A stretch of 27,638 nucleotides of DNA from a virus (IMGVR_UViG_3300024999_000325:1-27638); one strand, 5' to 3'; counted from the first letter of the stretch, positions 14,356 through 24,490 are shown. Notes: generated from the letters alone by a model not told the origin. Numbers and translations: made by a program.

Positions 14356-15249
14356 TTATACCTCTACAAACACGATATTTGGCTCAAATCTGATTCTGTC
14401 AGCGTCTACTGCATGACCTACAACTTGAACCTGATGCCCAACTGTCGAGGGTCTTGTCTGTGTCATCGCTCCTGCGGTTGTCGGACTGACATATAATAGG
14501 CCGCCAGGTGTCCAAGCCCATGTATCATATCGGAGAGTCCCTGAATACATTATCTTCCGTGCGCCAGTTCCTGCTTCTAAGCACATTGCCACGCATGGAA
14601 TAGTCCCGACCACATTAGCCTTTGCTTTGTTGTAACCTGTGGAAGAGGCGTAGAGTAAATCATATAAGGCGCATGTTGCCGCCATTGTCGCTATTGCGCA
14701 GTCCCCGATATATTGACCGTTTGCCAATAATGACATTGTGTGAATTGAGGTAAGTCCTGCGAGGGCAATTCCTACTATTACTACATCGGAGGAATTTGTG
14801 AATCGTGCTATGTCGCCAGTTGATGATGCGTGAGCCTGTTTTACGATTAGCGCAGGGTTAGCGTCTGCAATATTTCGGCTTATAACCGTTCCTGTTGAGG
14901 CAACATTTACATAAGCGTTGTTCCAGTCGAGCGAGTTTGAAAGGCCGTAGCTGGTAGAAAATCCTGAATCAGCGAGTGCCATGCCGTCAATAGTTACGGA
15001 AAATTTTGATACTCCGCCAAAGCGAGCTTCAAATATATTTCCTGTGCCAAGAACCTTATCTACGGCAAATGCAGTATTTGCGTCTGCAACATTTCTTGTC
15101 AGTTTGGCTCCAGCATTTAAAAACTCAAGTATACCGTTATTGACCGATACGGAGTTCTGTGAAGCATTAAGAATACCCTGCTCAATTTTATTTAAATTTG
15201 TCGGGTTGACCGCGGTTAAATAATCCCATACGGTAGGTGAATATGCCAT
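14356..15249 (-). CDS. Tail fibre protein
   Basis: N-terminal YSPTVW...NLNKIEQGI attachment motif; internal duplication RNVADAN/RNIADAN. Confidence 0.75.
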   Translation of the reverse strand: MAYSPTVWDYLTAVNPTNLNKIEQGILNASQNSVSVNNGILEFLNAGAKLTRNVADANTAFAVDKVLGTGNIFEARFGGVSKFSVTIDGMALADSGFSTSYGLSNSLDWNNAYVNVASTGTVISRNIADANPALIVKQAHASSTGDIARFTNSSDVVIVGIALAGLTSIHTMSLLANGQYIGDCAIATMAATCALYDLLYASSTGYNKAKANVVGTIPCVAMCLEAGTGARKIMYSGTLRYDTWAWTPGGLLYVSPTTAGAMTQTRPSTVGHQVQVVGHAVDADRIRFEPNIVFVEV

Positions 15250-15698
15250 TATGCCCTCCTCACGGTATCAGTGCGTTTAAATTGGATTTCTTCTGATGCG
15301 GTTTTATCGTGATGCCATAAGACGCGAGCTAAAAGTGTCCCTGAGTTCGCGCCTGCTCCTGCGGTAGTGCCGCCAAATATGCCGATTTCCTCAACAACGG
15401 CAACGGCCTCAGCAGACAAGACGATGAAAAGCGACTCGATGACTCCTGTGCTTGTTTCGGCAAGGCTCACGATCGGAGTGCGGAACACCTCAGTCTGTAA
15501 CTGCGTGTCCGTGTTTGTCGGAGCGGTTGAGCCTGTGCCAAGCGCAAGATATGCGATTTCGATGTCAGGAGCAGTGCCTAAGAGACTTCTGCTGTACGCT
15601 TCTAATACTGCGTTCATTAATTTATTTTCTATCGTCTCTACAAGCTTGCCATTGATGGATATTTCAAACTTTCCCGATGCTTTGACTCTGTCAATCAT
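15249..15698 (-). CDS. Tail tip / fibre-attachment protein
   Basis: YLALGTGSTAPTNTDTQLQTEVFR...EEIGIF...LLARV motif. Confidence 0.7.
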   Translation of the reverse strand: MIDRVKASGKFEISINGKLVETIENKLMNAVLEAYSRSLLGTAPDIEIAYLALGTGSTAPTNTDTQLQTEVFRTPIVSLAETSTGVIESLFIVLSAEAVAVVEEIGIFGGTTAGAGANSGTLLARVLWHHDKTASEEIQFKRTDTVRRA

Positions 15699-17136
15699 TC
15701 ACTGTCACCGTCCCTGTTAGGATGCCTGGATATAAATCTTCTGCCGGGTATAAGTCTTCTGCCGGGTATAGCGGAGCAAATGTTTTTATCTCAACATTGC
15801 CCATAGCGTCCGAGGTTTCGGATATGACCTGAGCGATAATCAAGACTTCGTTTTCGTTGATGACGATGGACGCAGACTTCGCAACATTCACAATATCCCC
15901 GAAGAACTTCTCCCAGCCGCCGAGACTCGAACCGTCTAAGGCCGTCACAGAGTATCTGATATTTGGGCCCGCGTCCGTCATTGCGACTGACTCGATTAAA
16001 AAATTATCAGCCAAATTATGAAGTGTCCGCGTGATCGGAAGGAGCTGCCCGGCGCGAAGTCCTGAAGTCTCTGTCGAGAATGTGACCTTGCGCGGAATGC
16101 GGCCATATTTGAGGAGAAGAGCCTGAGCATATGTGATAGCTTGCGCTCCGTCTTTGATGGAGTTTTCCACTGTCAAGGTTTCGTATATTCCAGAAGTGCC
16201 TGGTTCATTGGCTGCCCTGTCCGCTATCTCGGCAACAGATTCAACCACGGCTAAGATAGGATATAGCCCTGTATATTGTATGGATATTGCGTCGAGGTCG
16301 GATAGCACTGTTTCGGCTTCATCCTGCCCGATTACGTTGGAGTTGTATGAAAAATACCATTTCTTATTCGAGTCAAGGCCGTTTACGCCGATGTCAGATG
16401 CGGAAACTTCGACAGCGTTTATAAATATCTGCGGCTTTTCAGCGACCGGGAACCTCAAGACAAAGTTACGCGACTGTCCGTCTGGTTTTGGTGTCGGCGA
16501 TTCGGTCTGAACTGATGATGTCCTGCCATAGCCGCCTCGGATATATTGTCTGTTGCGGTATTCGCCTTTTGATTTCTCGACCCTCAAATTCTTAACTGGC
16601 GTTGAGTCTGTTACGCTCCACGGTGAAGCGGTTGACTCTCGCGCAAAGAAATTAAGAGCCTTATCAAAGTCGATATTCCAGTTCATTCCTATAGCGTCTC
16701 TGAGTTGGTCAAGTGCCTGTGTTCCGCTGATATAATTAAACACTGCTTTTTCGATGGTGACATCCGGCATTGTGCCAAGTGTTACGCCTTCGCCGCCTAG
16801 AAAATTTGTTATCAGGTCGGTAATGATATAGGTTAAGGTCTTGGACTCATACGAGCCGTATACCGTTCTTTTCCCTGCGAGATAGGCATAGTCAGTGCAG
16901 GATAAAGAATACTCGATTAAAGTGCCATTTTGAGCGGTTGAAACGTCTTCAATATTGCCTGCGAAGATAACCGTTACATCGTCCAAAAGGATGACTTCAT
17001 CGCCAGCTTCAATGTCAGTTAAAGTTGTGAGGTAAGGCAAGGAAAAGCTGGCAGTCGTGCGAGCGTTTATCTTATCGCTTATCTGCCAGCCCGGTGATAA
17101 TACTTGCTCAATCCCCTGAACTGTTAGCGTCCTCAT
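15691..17136 (-). CDS. Tail tip hub (Tal/gp27-like) protein
   Basis: Follows the tape measure gene; IFAGNI, WNIDFDKALNFF, YRNRQYIRGG, GLRAGQLL; C-terminal LYP repeats. Confidence 0.7.
   Translation of the reverse strand: MRTLTVQGIEQVLSPGWQISDKINARTTASFSLPYLTTLTDIEAGDEVILLDDVTVIFAGNIEDVSTAQNGTLIEYSLSCTDYAYLAGKRTVYGSYESKTLTYIITDLITNFLGGEGVTLGTMPDVTIEKAVFNYISGTQALDQLRDAIGMNWNIDFDKALNFFARESTASPWSVTDSTPVKNLRVEKSKGEYRNRQYIRGGYGRTSSVQTESPTPKPDGQSRNFVLRFPVAEKPQIFINAVEVSASDIGVNGLDSNKKWYFSYNSNVIGQDEAETVLSDLDAISIQYTGLYPILAVVESVAEIADRAANEPGTSGIYETLTVENSIKDGAQAITYAQALLLKYGRIPRKVTFSTETSGLRAGQLLPITRTLHNLADNFLIESVAMTDAGPNIRYSVTALDGSSLGGWEKFFGDIVNVAKSASIVINENEVLIIAQVISETSDAMGNVEIKTFAPLYPAEDLYPAEDLYPGILTGTVTVND
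15731..15770. repeat. 18-bp tandem repeat encoding LYPAED
   Basis: TATAAATCTTCTGCCGGG / TATAAGTCTTCTGCCGGG. Confidence 0.9.
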
Positions 17137-19245
17137 GCGGGCACCACTCCTAACTGTCTTGCTCTCTTAGTCATAGCTTCCATGAGATAATCAATATCAT
17201 TGGGGCCCATGACGCGAGTGTCGTAAAAGTTAAATGTCGCTCCACCTGCTTTGTTAAGCGGTGTTACTCTGGCTCCGTCAGGGAGGTCAAGAAACTCGGG
17301 TCCTGCTTCACCGACGAGAACGCGGCCTGATCGTGTGATGTCGCCGCCTTTTTCAAGTCTGGGTATGTTAAATTCAGGTATCTGATTTATATCAACACCG
17401 GATATTTTAGTGAGAAATCCGGTTACTTTGTTGATGCCTTTAATGATTGAGTTGATTACACCTTCAACAATGCCCAGGACTCCGTTAATTACCCATTTAA
17501 ACGCGCCGCTTACTGCGTCTCCAATGGCCGAGCCGACTTTCGAGAAAATGCCGACAACTTTGTCAAATATCCCTTGAAAGAAATCGCTCACAACAGAGAA
17601 AACAGCCTTGATGCTTTCCCAAGCTTTTTTAAATTGATCGCCAAACCAGTTAACAATTGGAGTAAATATTTTTACAATTCCATCCCACACATCAGTGAAG
17701 AATTTACCGACTGCTGAAAATGCCGATTTTACACCTTCCCAAGCAGAAGTAAAAATATCTCCGAACCATTTGATTATAGGAGTAAAAATACCAACAATTC
17801 CGTCCCATACTTTTACGAAGAATTTAATTATCGGTTCGTTAACTTTCCAGATAATAGCAAGCAAAGCCTTGAAAAGTTGCCCGAACCATTCAACGATGGG
17901 CGAGAATATATTGACTATCGCTTCCCATGCACCTTTGAAAATATTGCCGAACCACTCGACAACAGGAGCAAATATTTTTACTATCCCTTCCCATAGGCCT
18001 TTAAAAAAGTCTCCTATAGCGTTGATTGCCGTATTGAATGCGTTGACTACTGCGTCCCAACTGGTTTTTAAAAACGCTACTATAGAATCCCAGTGTTTCC
18101 ACAACAGCCGCCGTAACAAGGAACACAGGTGATGTGAGGAACGCGACAGCCGCGCCAAAAGCAACAGTGATAGGTGTAGCAACCGTCGTTACAAATGTCC
18201 ATATACCGACTGCTGCTGACCAAATATTAAACGCTAAAGCCGCGGCTCCTACCGCGATAGCAATGGGGTCAATGATGTCTTTATATTTCGTGTAAAAATC
18301 TATCGCGTCATTGATTGCATCAGAGATAAATTCGATCGCTTCTTTGAGAACATTAAACCCTTTTTTAACTAAATCGATAACTATGGGTAATATTGGTTCG
18401 ATAACTGCTTGAATTTTTTCAAAGGCGTTACTTATAAACGCCTGAATCTCTGGCATATATTCGTTTATTTTTTTAAAGGCATCTAAAAAGCCCGGGATGA
18501 ATTGCTGCCCGATAGCCGTTGTTAGTTTTTCAATGTTTAGTTTCGCAACACGCAGTTGGTTGGGAAATGATGTCTCTAATGTGCGCCCGAAGTCGCCCTG
18601 CGCATTCGCCGTTACATCCATTAAATAGTTGTAGCGTAATTGCGTTTGCTCGGCTTGCGACATTTCTTTATAAGCTTTATTCATGCCGTTAGCCATGCCA
18701 TACGCCTCTAAATTGGCAACCGACATATTAATACCTAATTGCTTTAGAGGTTCGGTTTCGCCCGAAATGCCCGCCCTTATCTTTTCCCATGCGGTTTCAT
18801 TGTCGAGGTTATAAAACGATGACATATCGCCAGCCAATTGAACCATCGATTTTGCCATACCGGCAGCGGCGTCTTCAGTTAAACCCGAAGACAAAAGCAT
18901 TGCGCCCATTGCTCCGACAAATTTCGTTGCGTTAGTTTCAGAAATTCCTGCTGAATCAGCAAGAGTCTTTGCCCATGCTAATATTGAATCTTTTGACGTT
19001 TTAAATGTTTCATTTACAACGTTTTGCGCTTCGGATAAATTTGAGGCCTTATTAGCTAAAGCAAAGAGAGCTCCGCCAGCAACTGCTCCGGCACCGACTA
19101 TAGCTGTGCCCATAATAGCAACTGTCTTTGTGATATGCCCGAATTTTTGGCCTAAACTTTCACCTTTTTTATCGGTTTTATCGAGTTCATTATTTGCATC
19201 TTTATTGTCAATTAATATGGATCCAAACAAACGGAATAATTCCAT
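17133..19245 (-). pseudogene. Tape measure protein, frameshifted near 18102-18108
   Basis: N-part MELFRLFGSI...GETEPLKQLGI...LTSPVFLVTAAV; C-part LLWKHWD plus periodic W/F repeats and IPRLEKGG...VGEAGPE in the +1 frame. Confidence 0.8.
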
Positions 19246-19247
19246 TT

Positions 19248-19553
19248 TTACCTCCCGATTAAACCTTTAAATTCAGCTTCAATTTCTTGGGCTGTTTTGC
19301 GAGAAACTTTTTCAGTTCGCGTGATTTGTTTTTCTTTGTATGTTTCAAAGCTTATAAATTCTATCTGACTGGTCATCATGTACGGGTAAAGGCTTAACCA
19401 TGTTTGCCATGATTGATTTTCGATGTCCTTTTCCATTGCGTGAGTGAACAGGTCAACATTAAATTCAAGTTCATAAATAGCCATCAAGTCATAGGCGCTC
19501 GAAAGGATTTCTATTATCCTTGGGCACTTAATTTGACGGCAGATTTGAAAAAA
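19248..19553 (-). CDS. Tail assembly chaperone extension (gpT-like, reached by -1 frameshift)
   Basis: The -1 frame is open from the T-TTT-TTC site into the 19248..19487 ORF. Confidence 0.75.
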   Translation of the reverse strand, partial: FFQICRQIKCPRIIEILSSAYDLMAIYELEFNVDLFTHAMEKDIENQSWQTWLSLYPYMMTSQIEFISFETYKEKQITRTEKVSRKTAQEIEAEFKGLIGR

Positions 19554-19804
19554 TCTGATAGACCCGGAATGTTAAAAAGCTCTTTTGCAAAATCAGAAAT
19601 TTCCACATCTTCCGCTTCGGCTGCTGTTATCTTTTTGAAGTCAGCAATGAAGTTATAGATTTCCTTTTCTGCTTTATGCGCTTTTGCTGCAAGTTGGATT
19701 ATTAAGTCAGCACCAACTGCTTCTTGTCCGGCTTTCGGATCAGTAATTTTAAGTTCAAGCTTATCGATAATTGCCGATAGCTTAATAGTCTGTTTTATAG
19801 TCAT
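19514..19804 (-). CDS. Tail assembly chaperone (gpG-like)
   Basis: Between major tail and tape measure genes; ends ...SDFFKSA with a slippery site. Confidence 0.8.
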   Translation of the reverse strand: MTIKQTIKLSAIIDKLELKITDPKAGQEAVGADLIIQLAAKAHKAEKEIYNFIADFKKITAAEAEDVEISDFAKELFNIPGLSDFFKSAVKLSAQG

Positions 19805-19815
19805 ATGTCCCCCTG

Positions 19816-19847
19816 AAAAAGATTGAGCGCCCGGTTAAGAGCGCTCA
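19816..19847 (-). terminator. Terminator/attenuator after the major tail gene
   Basis: TGAGCGC-N10-GCGCTCA then ATCTTTTT. Confidence 0.6.
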
Positions 19848-19853
19848 TCATAA

Positions 19854-20714
19854 TTATGCTGCTGTGGTGAAGTTTCGTGTAGCAGTTACCATTGTGTTAC
19901 CCGCTACGTCTCTGACGTTAGATATAACCCATATATAGGCTGTATTTGCGTCAAGCGAGGCTGTCGGATTGAACAATGCGGTCTTTGTTGCCAGGTCATA
20001 AGTCAATGCACCCGCGATTACGGCACCGTCTGAAGCTTTAATCAATATGAAGTTATTCGTATTGATGTCAGCCTGGCGGATGTCTTCTGAGAATGTTGCG
20101 GTCAGGTTAGATGTTATTACCACGTTGACGGCTGCGTCAAGCGGAACGGTTACGACTGTCGGAGCCGTTACATCTGCGCCGATGGAGGCTACATCCTCTA
20201 TTTTGTAGAGGTCTGCCGAATCATCAACAACATTCCAGTGAGCTGAGAACTCAAGCGATACTTCGCCTTCGCCTTTGGGTTTAGCATTGAGCGAAAATCC
20301 GTTTTCAGCCATGGCGTTGTATAAGGTTATCTTTTTATATGAGCCTGATACGAGTTTTGCAAACATCGTTACGTTGGTCAGGTATGCGCTTGTCGCTACA
20401 ACTGCGATATTGGCAGTCTTGCCTGTTACGATAGACGTTGCGTATGTTGCCCAGGGCATAGCCAGAGCCAGATTATCCATCGATGTATCAAGCAGTGTTA
20501 CGCTCAATGTTGCATCAATAGACTCGACAGCTTGCATCCCCTTTGTCTTGCCTTTCATGCCGTCAAATTCAATATCTCTTATTTTTTGGTCAACCTTGAA
20601 TGTGCCGCCGCCTCTTGATGGAGCAAGCAGCTTTTCACCGGCTAACCCAAAATCGATATAGACTAAGCCATAATCGATTTGAATATTGTCGACTTGTGTT
20701 TGTGTTATAGTCAA
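19854..20714 (-). CDS. Major tail protein with C-terminal Ig-like (Big_5-type) domain
   Basis: SRGGGTF..RDIEFDG tube motif; DVTAPTV..P...TATFSEDI...FNPTASL..NTAY...VRDVAGN Ig-like motif; TTG start after AAGGAG. Confidence 0.88.
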   Translation of the reverse strand: MTITQTQVDNIQIDYGLVYIDFGLAGEKLLAPSRGGGTFKVDQKIRDIEFDGMKGKTKGMQAVESIDATLSVTLLDTSMDNLALAMPWATYATSIVTGKTANIAVVATSAYLTNVTMFAKLVSGSYKKITLYNAMAENGFSLNAKPKGEGEVSLEFSAHWNVVDDSADLYKIEDVASIGADVTAPTVVTVPLDAAVNVVITSNLTATFSEDIRQADINTNNFILIKASDGAVIAGALTYDLATKTALFNPTASLDANTAYIWVISNVRDVAGNTMVTATRNFTTAA

Positions 20715-20720
20715 TTAATT

Positions 20721-21095
20721 TCACTCCTTTAATTTGAAAATCTTAACTTCGTATGTGTATTTTCTTCGGTGAATCCGTTTATCGGGGTCAGTCAATGGAA
20801 TCTTATTTTCCAAAGTAACGAAGACTGAAATATCTTCATTCGATGTCGAATATTTATTGAGCCCCGTGTTTACCGTGGTCATTAAATCTTCGATGACTGT
20901 TGTATTTCGCGTATCGTTAAAGTCCCATCCATCAACATCGATTGCCGCAGTCTCATGGCCTTCGCCATCAGAGAATACACTGGTTATGTCATAGACCAAA
21001 TAGGGATAAGCCGCGTTGTCAGGAGCCGTCTGGAAATATACTCTCGCGTGTAACGATTCAAGCCGAGATTGTAAGGCTTTTCGTATTGCTTTCAT
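20721..21095 (-). CDS. Tail completion/terminator protein
   Basis: VYFQTAP..AAYPYLVY motif; gene order. Confidence 0.75.
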   Translation of the reverse strand: MKAIRKALQSRLESLHARVYFQTAPDNAAYPYLVYDITSVFSDGEGHETAAIDVDGWDFNDTRNTTVIEDLMTTVNTGLNKYSTSNEDISVFVTLENKIPLTDPDKRIHRRKYTYEVKIFKLKE

Positions 21096-21526
21096 TCAAT
21101 CTCCTCCTGCTCGTTAATCAACATGACTGCTCTAAGCTCATCTTCAACATGCTTAAGATATTGTGATTCGATTTCTCTTATCTTTCCAATGTTGTTATAC
21201 ACCGCATTTCTCAAGAGGTCTCGTTTAGGTTGGTTCTTTGTGCCGAGTTCCTGCTGAACACCGTACCAAGTATTAGCCTTGATACCGATTTGCAAGTCAC
21301 CTTCACGATTACGCAGCCAGTGTTGATATGCACCTTTAAACCTTGAGTTTGCTCTGCGCATACCAGGAAGCTTGTTATATTCCTGCCTGATCTGATATTT
21401 AACGAACCTTGCGACATCTCGAAGAGCAGCGCGATTTAATTCGGTGATTAAATATTGAGCTTTGTCGACACTGGAAGTGTATTGCACACCCTGCTTGTTA
21501 ATTTTCATAACAGATTTAGGCAGCAT
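21092..21526 (-). CDS. HK97 gp10-like neck protein
   Basis: WYGVQQELGTKNQPK..LRNAV. Confidence 0.75.
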   Translation of the reverse strand: MLPKSVMKINKQGVQYTSSVDKAQYLITELNRAALRDVARFVKYQIRQEYNKLPGMRRANSRFKGAYQHWLRNREGDLQIGIKANTWYGVQQELGTKNQPKRDLLRNAVYNNIGKIREIESQYLKHVEDELRAVMLINEQEEIE

Positions 21527-21829
21527 TTAATTCACCAACCCTTGACAAATCAACTCGATAAATTCACCGTTCTTGTCATATGTGCGGATAATTGTGTATT
21601 GCGTTGAGCCGTATTTTAGCGTAAGCTCGCCTTGGTAGTCACCTGATCTGATAACAAACATCATTTCGGGTCTTAATCCTGCGGCTGCTGCTTGATAAAA
21701 CTCACTCTGGCGAATAGACTTCTTATCGGCAAATATGCCCGAGCGTTCAACTGGTGTCCTTACCGAATCGCCCATATCGTTTATTACATCCGTGAAGCTT
21801 ATAAGGCTTATGACATCTCGAAATAACAT
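21527..21829 (-). CDS. Head closure protein (SPP1 gp16-like)
   Basis: KSIRQSEFYQAAAAGLRPE...YTIIRTY...IELIC. Confidence 0.85.
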   Translation of the reverse strand: MLFRDVISLISFTDVINDMGDSVRTPVERSGIFADKKSIRQSEFYQAAAAGLRPEMMFVIRSGDYQGELTLKYGSTQYTIIRTYDKNGEFIELICQGLVN

Positions 21830-22128
21830 TACGTCACCTCTTGGGCATAATCTTCTGCAATAGATAAATGTGTTTTTAACATTTCATAAGACTGAGTTAA
21901 TCTATCTGCATCCGGATTATCAAAGCCAAAATTCGCTTTAACATAAACACATATCGCTCTCACAATAAGAGCATCTGTGCCCGCTGTGACCATTACCGAG
22001 TCCACGCCAGCCGATATTAGGTCGGCTTTGGCAGCATCGATTAAAGGCGTTATCTCTCCATCGTCAAAAGACGTAGAGGATATTCTTAAGTTTACTTTTA
22101 CCTTTTCCAAAAGCGTCAATGCTGCCAT
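21829..22128 (-). CDS. Head-tail connector (HK97 gp6 / SPP1 gp15-like)
   Basis: LLEKVKVNLRIS..FD.EI..LIDAAKADL..AGV...YVKANFG. Confidence 0.85.
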   Translation of the reverse strand: MAALTLLEKVKVNLRISSTSFDDGEITPLIDAAKADLISAGVDSVMVTAGTDALIVRAICVYVKANFGFDNPDADRLTQSYEMLKTHLSIAEDYAQEVT

Positions 22129-22139
22129 CGCCTAACCTC

Positions 22140-22754
22140 CTAAACTATCAAATATACGTCTACTACTGTGCCGCCTAAAGCGGTGTCTAGGTCTATTGTG
22201 TTTGACTCAATGGCGGTCGGTGATACCGTCACAGTCGGAGCAACAGCTTCGCGCACGTTGTTTATCGCGGCTGCCAGTACGGTATTGTGAGTCAGTTTAT
22301 ACGGAAGGCCAAGCTTTTCGCCTATGCCTACGTCTATTGTGACTCCTACGCCATCCATTGCCGGAACAGCGATGCTGGTTATGGTCTTAAACGCTTTTGT
22401 ACCGATTTCGGTGGATAAAGCGTTCACAGTGAATGCCGGCATTACTTCGGTGATTACTTCATCAAGGTCATTTGTGCCTGTGATTGTAACCGATACTGCT
22501 TTAACATCTGCCGCTACTCCGCCAGCCGTAACAGTTACGTTTTTCGGGCATGTCGGGTTCGTGATGTTAGTGGTTACAGTGGTCACGGCTACATCGCTCG
22601 TTGCAAAGGTTGCATGGATTGCATCTTGCACAGCTAATAGAGCTTGAAGTGCTGAATACTGGACATGAGCTATAAAACCTCTGTCAGTAGCCAAACCCGG
22701 AACGGTCGTTTGAATTGTTTGCCCTAAAAAGGGCCTATATGGTGTCATAGCCAT
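22140..22754 (-). CDS. Thr/Val/Ala-rich virion protein, possible capsid decoration
   Basis: Strong SD; directly after the major capsid gene; beta-rich composition. Confidence 0.6.
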   Translation of the reverse strand: MAMTPYRPFLGQTIQTTVPGLATDRGFIAHVQYSALQALLAVQDAIHATFATSDVAVTTVTTNITNPTCPKNVTVTAGGVAADVKAVSVTITGTNDLDEVITEVMPAFTVNALSTEIGTKAFKTITSIAVPAMDGVGVTIDVGIGEKLGLPYKLTHNTVLAAAINNVREAVAPTVTVSPTAIESNTIDLDTALGGTVVDVYLIV

Positions 22755-22769
22755 GAATATTTCCTCCTC

Positions 22770-23903
22770 TTATGTGAACAGTTTCACGAATGCGCTAACA
22801 GCAGCATGGTCACAGTCGAATATGCAAGTTCCGCGATAGTCGATTGAGTTGTTCAGGAACCCGGACTGAGTTGAAGATTCAATCGTTACATCCTGAGACA
22901 GATTGCCGATTATTTTGGTAAAGTCACCAAGATATGCGTTTCCTGCGCCGACTACGTCAGAGATAATAACCGGATAACCAAGTATTCTCATTTGAGCGCC
23001 GTTTGCGAAGTCAGGGATAGCAATAGGATTGCCGTTTGCGTCTTGGATTTTTGCGATCTGGTTGTAATACATTGCTTTGTTCATCAAGAACTTAGCTGTA
23101 CGGTCGTTTCTTGCCGGGAGCAAAGCGATCAGTTCTACGAGGTCATCATAGGTGACAGCCAGGCCATAGTCGATACCGTTGACTGTGTCAGCCCATACGT
23201 TAGCATCTTCAACACCGCCGGTCACGTTTGTGCCGAGGATGATTTCAGATTCCAACTGGATTGCGAGGTCTTCTGCAAGCGCTTTAACAATCCACTGCTC
23301 GAAAGCATCGATTGCCATTGTGCGGACAGTTGCGGAAACTCTCTGAACCTTGATAAACTCGAAAGCGCCGAGTGTTACAAAGGTCATTGTGTCAGCGGCA
23401 GGGATTACAGCGGCATTTTCAACATGTATTCCTGCGGCTGCATGTGCGCCATCGACTGCAAAGCGAAGATTACCGGCCACTCTAAGCAAAGTGATCTCGT
23501 TGAGCATCGGAGCGATCTTGGTCATAAGGTCGAAGATCATGTTTGAAGTAACGGTCGGGATAACAGCACCGGCTGAACCGACTGCCGATGACCATTCTCT
23601 CTTTTCAATCTCATTCAGGTTGCCCTGAAGACCTTTTAAAAACATTACCCTGTATTCGGGAGAATCGGGTGTGAGTATTTTTTCCAATTTTCTTTCCTCC
23701 TTAAATTCTTTTACTACTTCGCCTTCTACTCCTGCCGTTATGTCGGAGAGTAGTTTGGTTCTTTGTTCGACTGCATCTTTAAGAGCCTTGCGTTCTTCGG
23801 TAAGAGTCTTTATCTCGGTTTCAAGCGCATTAAGGTCAGCGCCATCAGCTTCGACTTCGGTCTTAATCGCCGCAAGTCTTAATTCGATTTCCTGCAAATT
23901 CAT
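22770..23903 (-). CDS. Major capsid protein, HK97 family
   Basis: N-terminal coiled-coil delta domain, GAVIP, DANGNPI, RILGYPV, YLGDF, AFVKL. Confidence 0.93.
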   Translation of the reverse strand: MNLQEIELRLAAIKTEVEADGADLNALETEIKTLTEERKALKDAVEQRTKLLSDITAGVEGEVVKEFKEERKLEKILTPDSPEYRVMFLKGLQGNLNEIEKREWSSAVGSAGAVIPTVTSNMIFDLMTKIAPMLNEITLLRVAGNLRFAVDGAHAAAGIHVENAAVIPAADTMTFVTLGAFEFIKVQRVSATVRTMAIDAFEQWIVKALAEDLAIQLESEIILGTNVTGGVEDANVWADTVNGIDYGLAVTYDDLVELIALLPARNDRTAKFLMNKAMYYNQIAKIQDANGNPIAIPDFANGAQMRILGYPVIISDVVGAGNAYLGDFTKIIGNLSQDVTIESSTQSGFLNNSIDYRGTCIFDCDHAAVSAFVKLFT

Positions 23904-24490
23904 TTGTTTGCCTCCTCTAAATCAATGAGCATTTTTAATTTTCTTTTCTTGCGCTCAACTGCCTCCGCAGCTTCTCTCTCGGCCTCTGCCGCATAGAATG
24001 AACGGGCGAAAATATCTGTAGTGTCATAAGCCGGAATATCTACGGCTGCGACATCGTACAAGCGTTTTACTGAGACTATCCTGCGAGTTCGGGTTTCTTT
24101 GGAATACTCTTCATCGTTTACGGTAAAGGCAAATGACATTTTATCTATGTAACCGCCTTTTATTTCCTCATAGAGCCTCCGCCCTTCTTCGGTTCCGCTT
24201 AAATCAGCCTTTATTCGTAAGCCGTGTGCGTCTGTATTGATTTCAAGAGTTCCGTTTTTCGTTCTTGCAACTGGTTTACCGTCATGGTTAAAGTTCATCA
24301 CAACATCGTGCATTTCAGCTCCCTGAAAAGCCTTCATATCGACAACTTCTTTGTATTGAATGCCGTCAATTTCATACATGACTGCCTCTTGTTCAAAAGT
24401 TGCGGCATATCCTTCGACTATCATGCCTTCTTCTGCCACTCGGACTTCAAACTTGCGATACTGCCTGTCCTTTGTTATCAATTTGTTCAT
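23900..24490 (-). CDS. HK97-family prohead protease
   Basis: VEGYAATF, NFNH, ARTKNGTL, KMSFAF, VDIPAY. Confidence 0.92.
   Translation of the reverse strand: MNKLITKDRQYRKFEVRVAEEGMIVEGYAATFEQEAVMYEIDGIQYKEVVDMKAFQGAEMHDVVMNFNHDGKPVARTKNGTLEINTDAHGLRIKADLSGTEEGRRLYEEIKGGYIDKMSFAFTVNDEEYSKETRTRRIVSVKRLYDVAAVDIPAYDTTDIFARSFYAAEAEREAAEAVERKKRKLKMLIDLEEANK

Noticed and set aside
13788-15249. Diversity-generating retroelement or invertible tail-fibre cassette
   Set aside because: No reverse transcriptase, invertase or long template/variable repeat pair seen; the RNxADAN duplication is short and diverged
17133-18100. Periodic repeats as a novel array
   Set aside because: Ordinary Trp/Phe-periodic tape measure repeats
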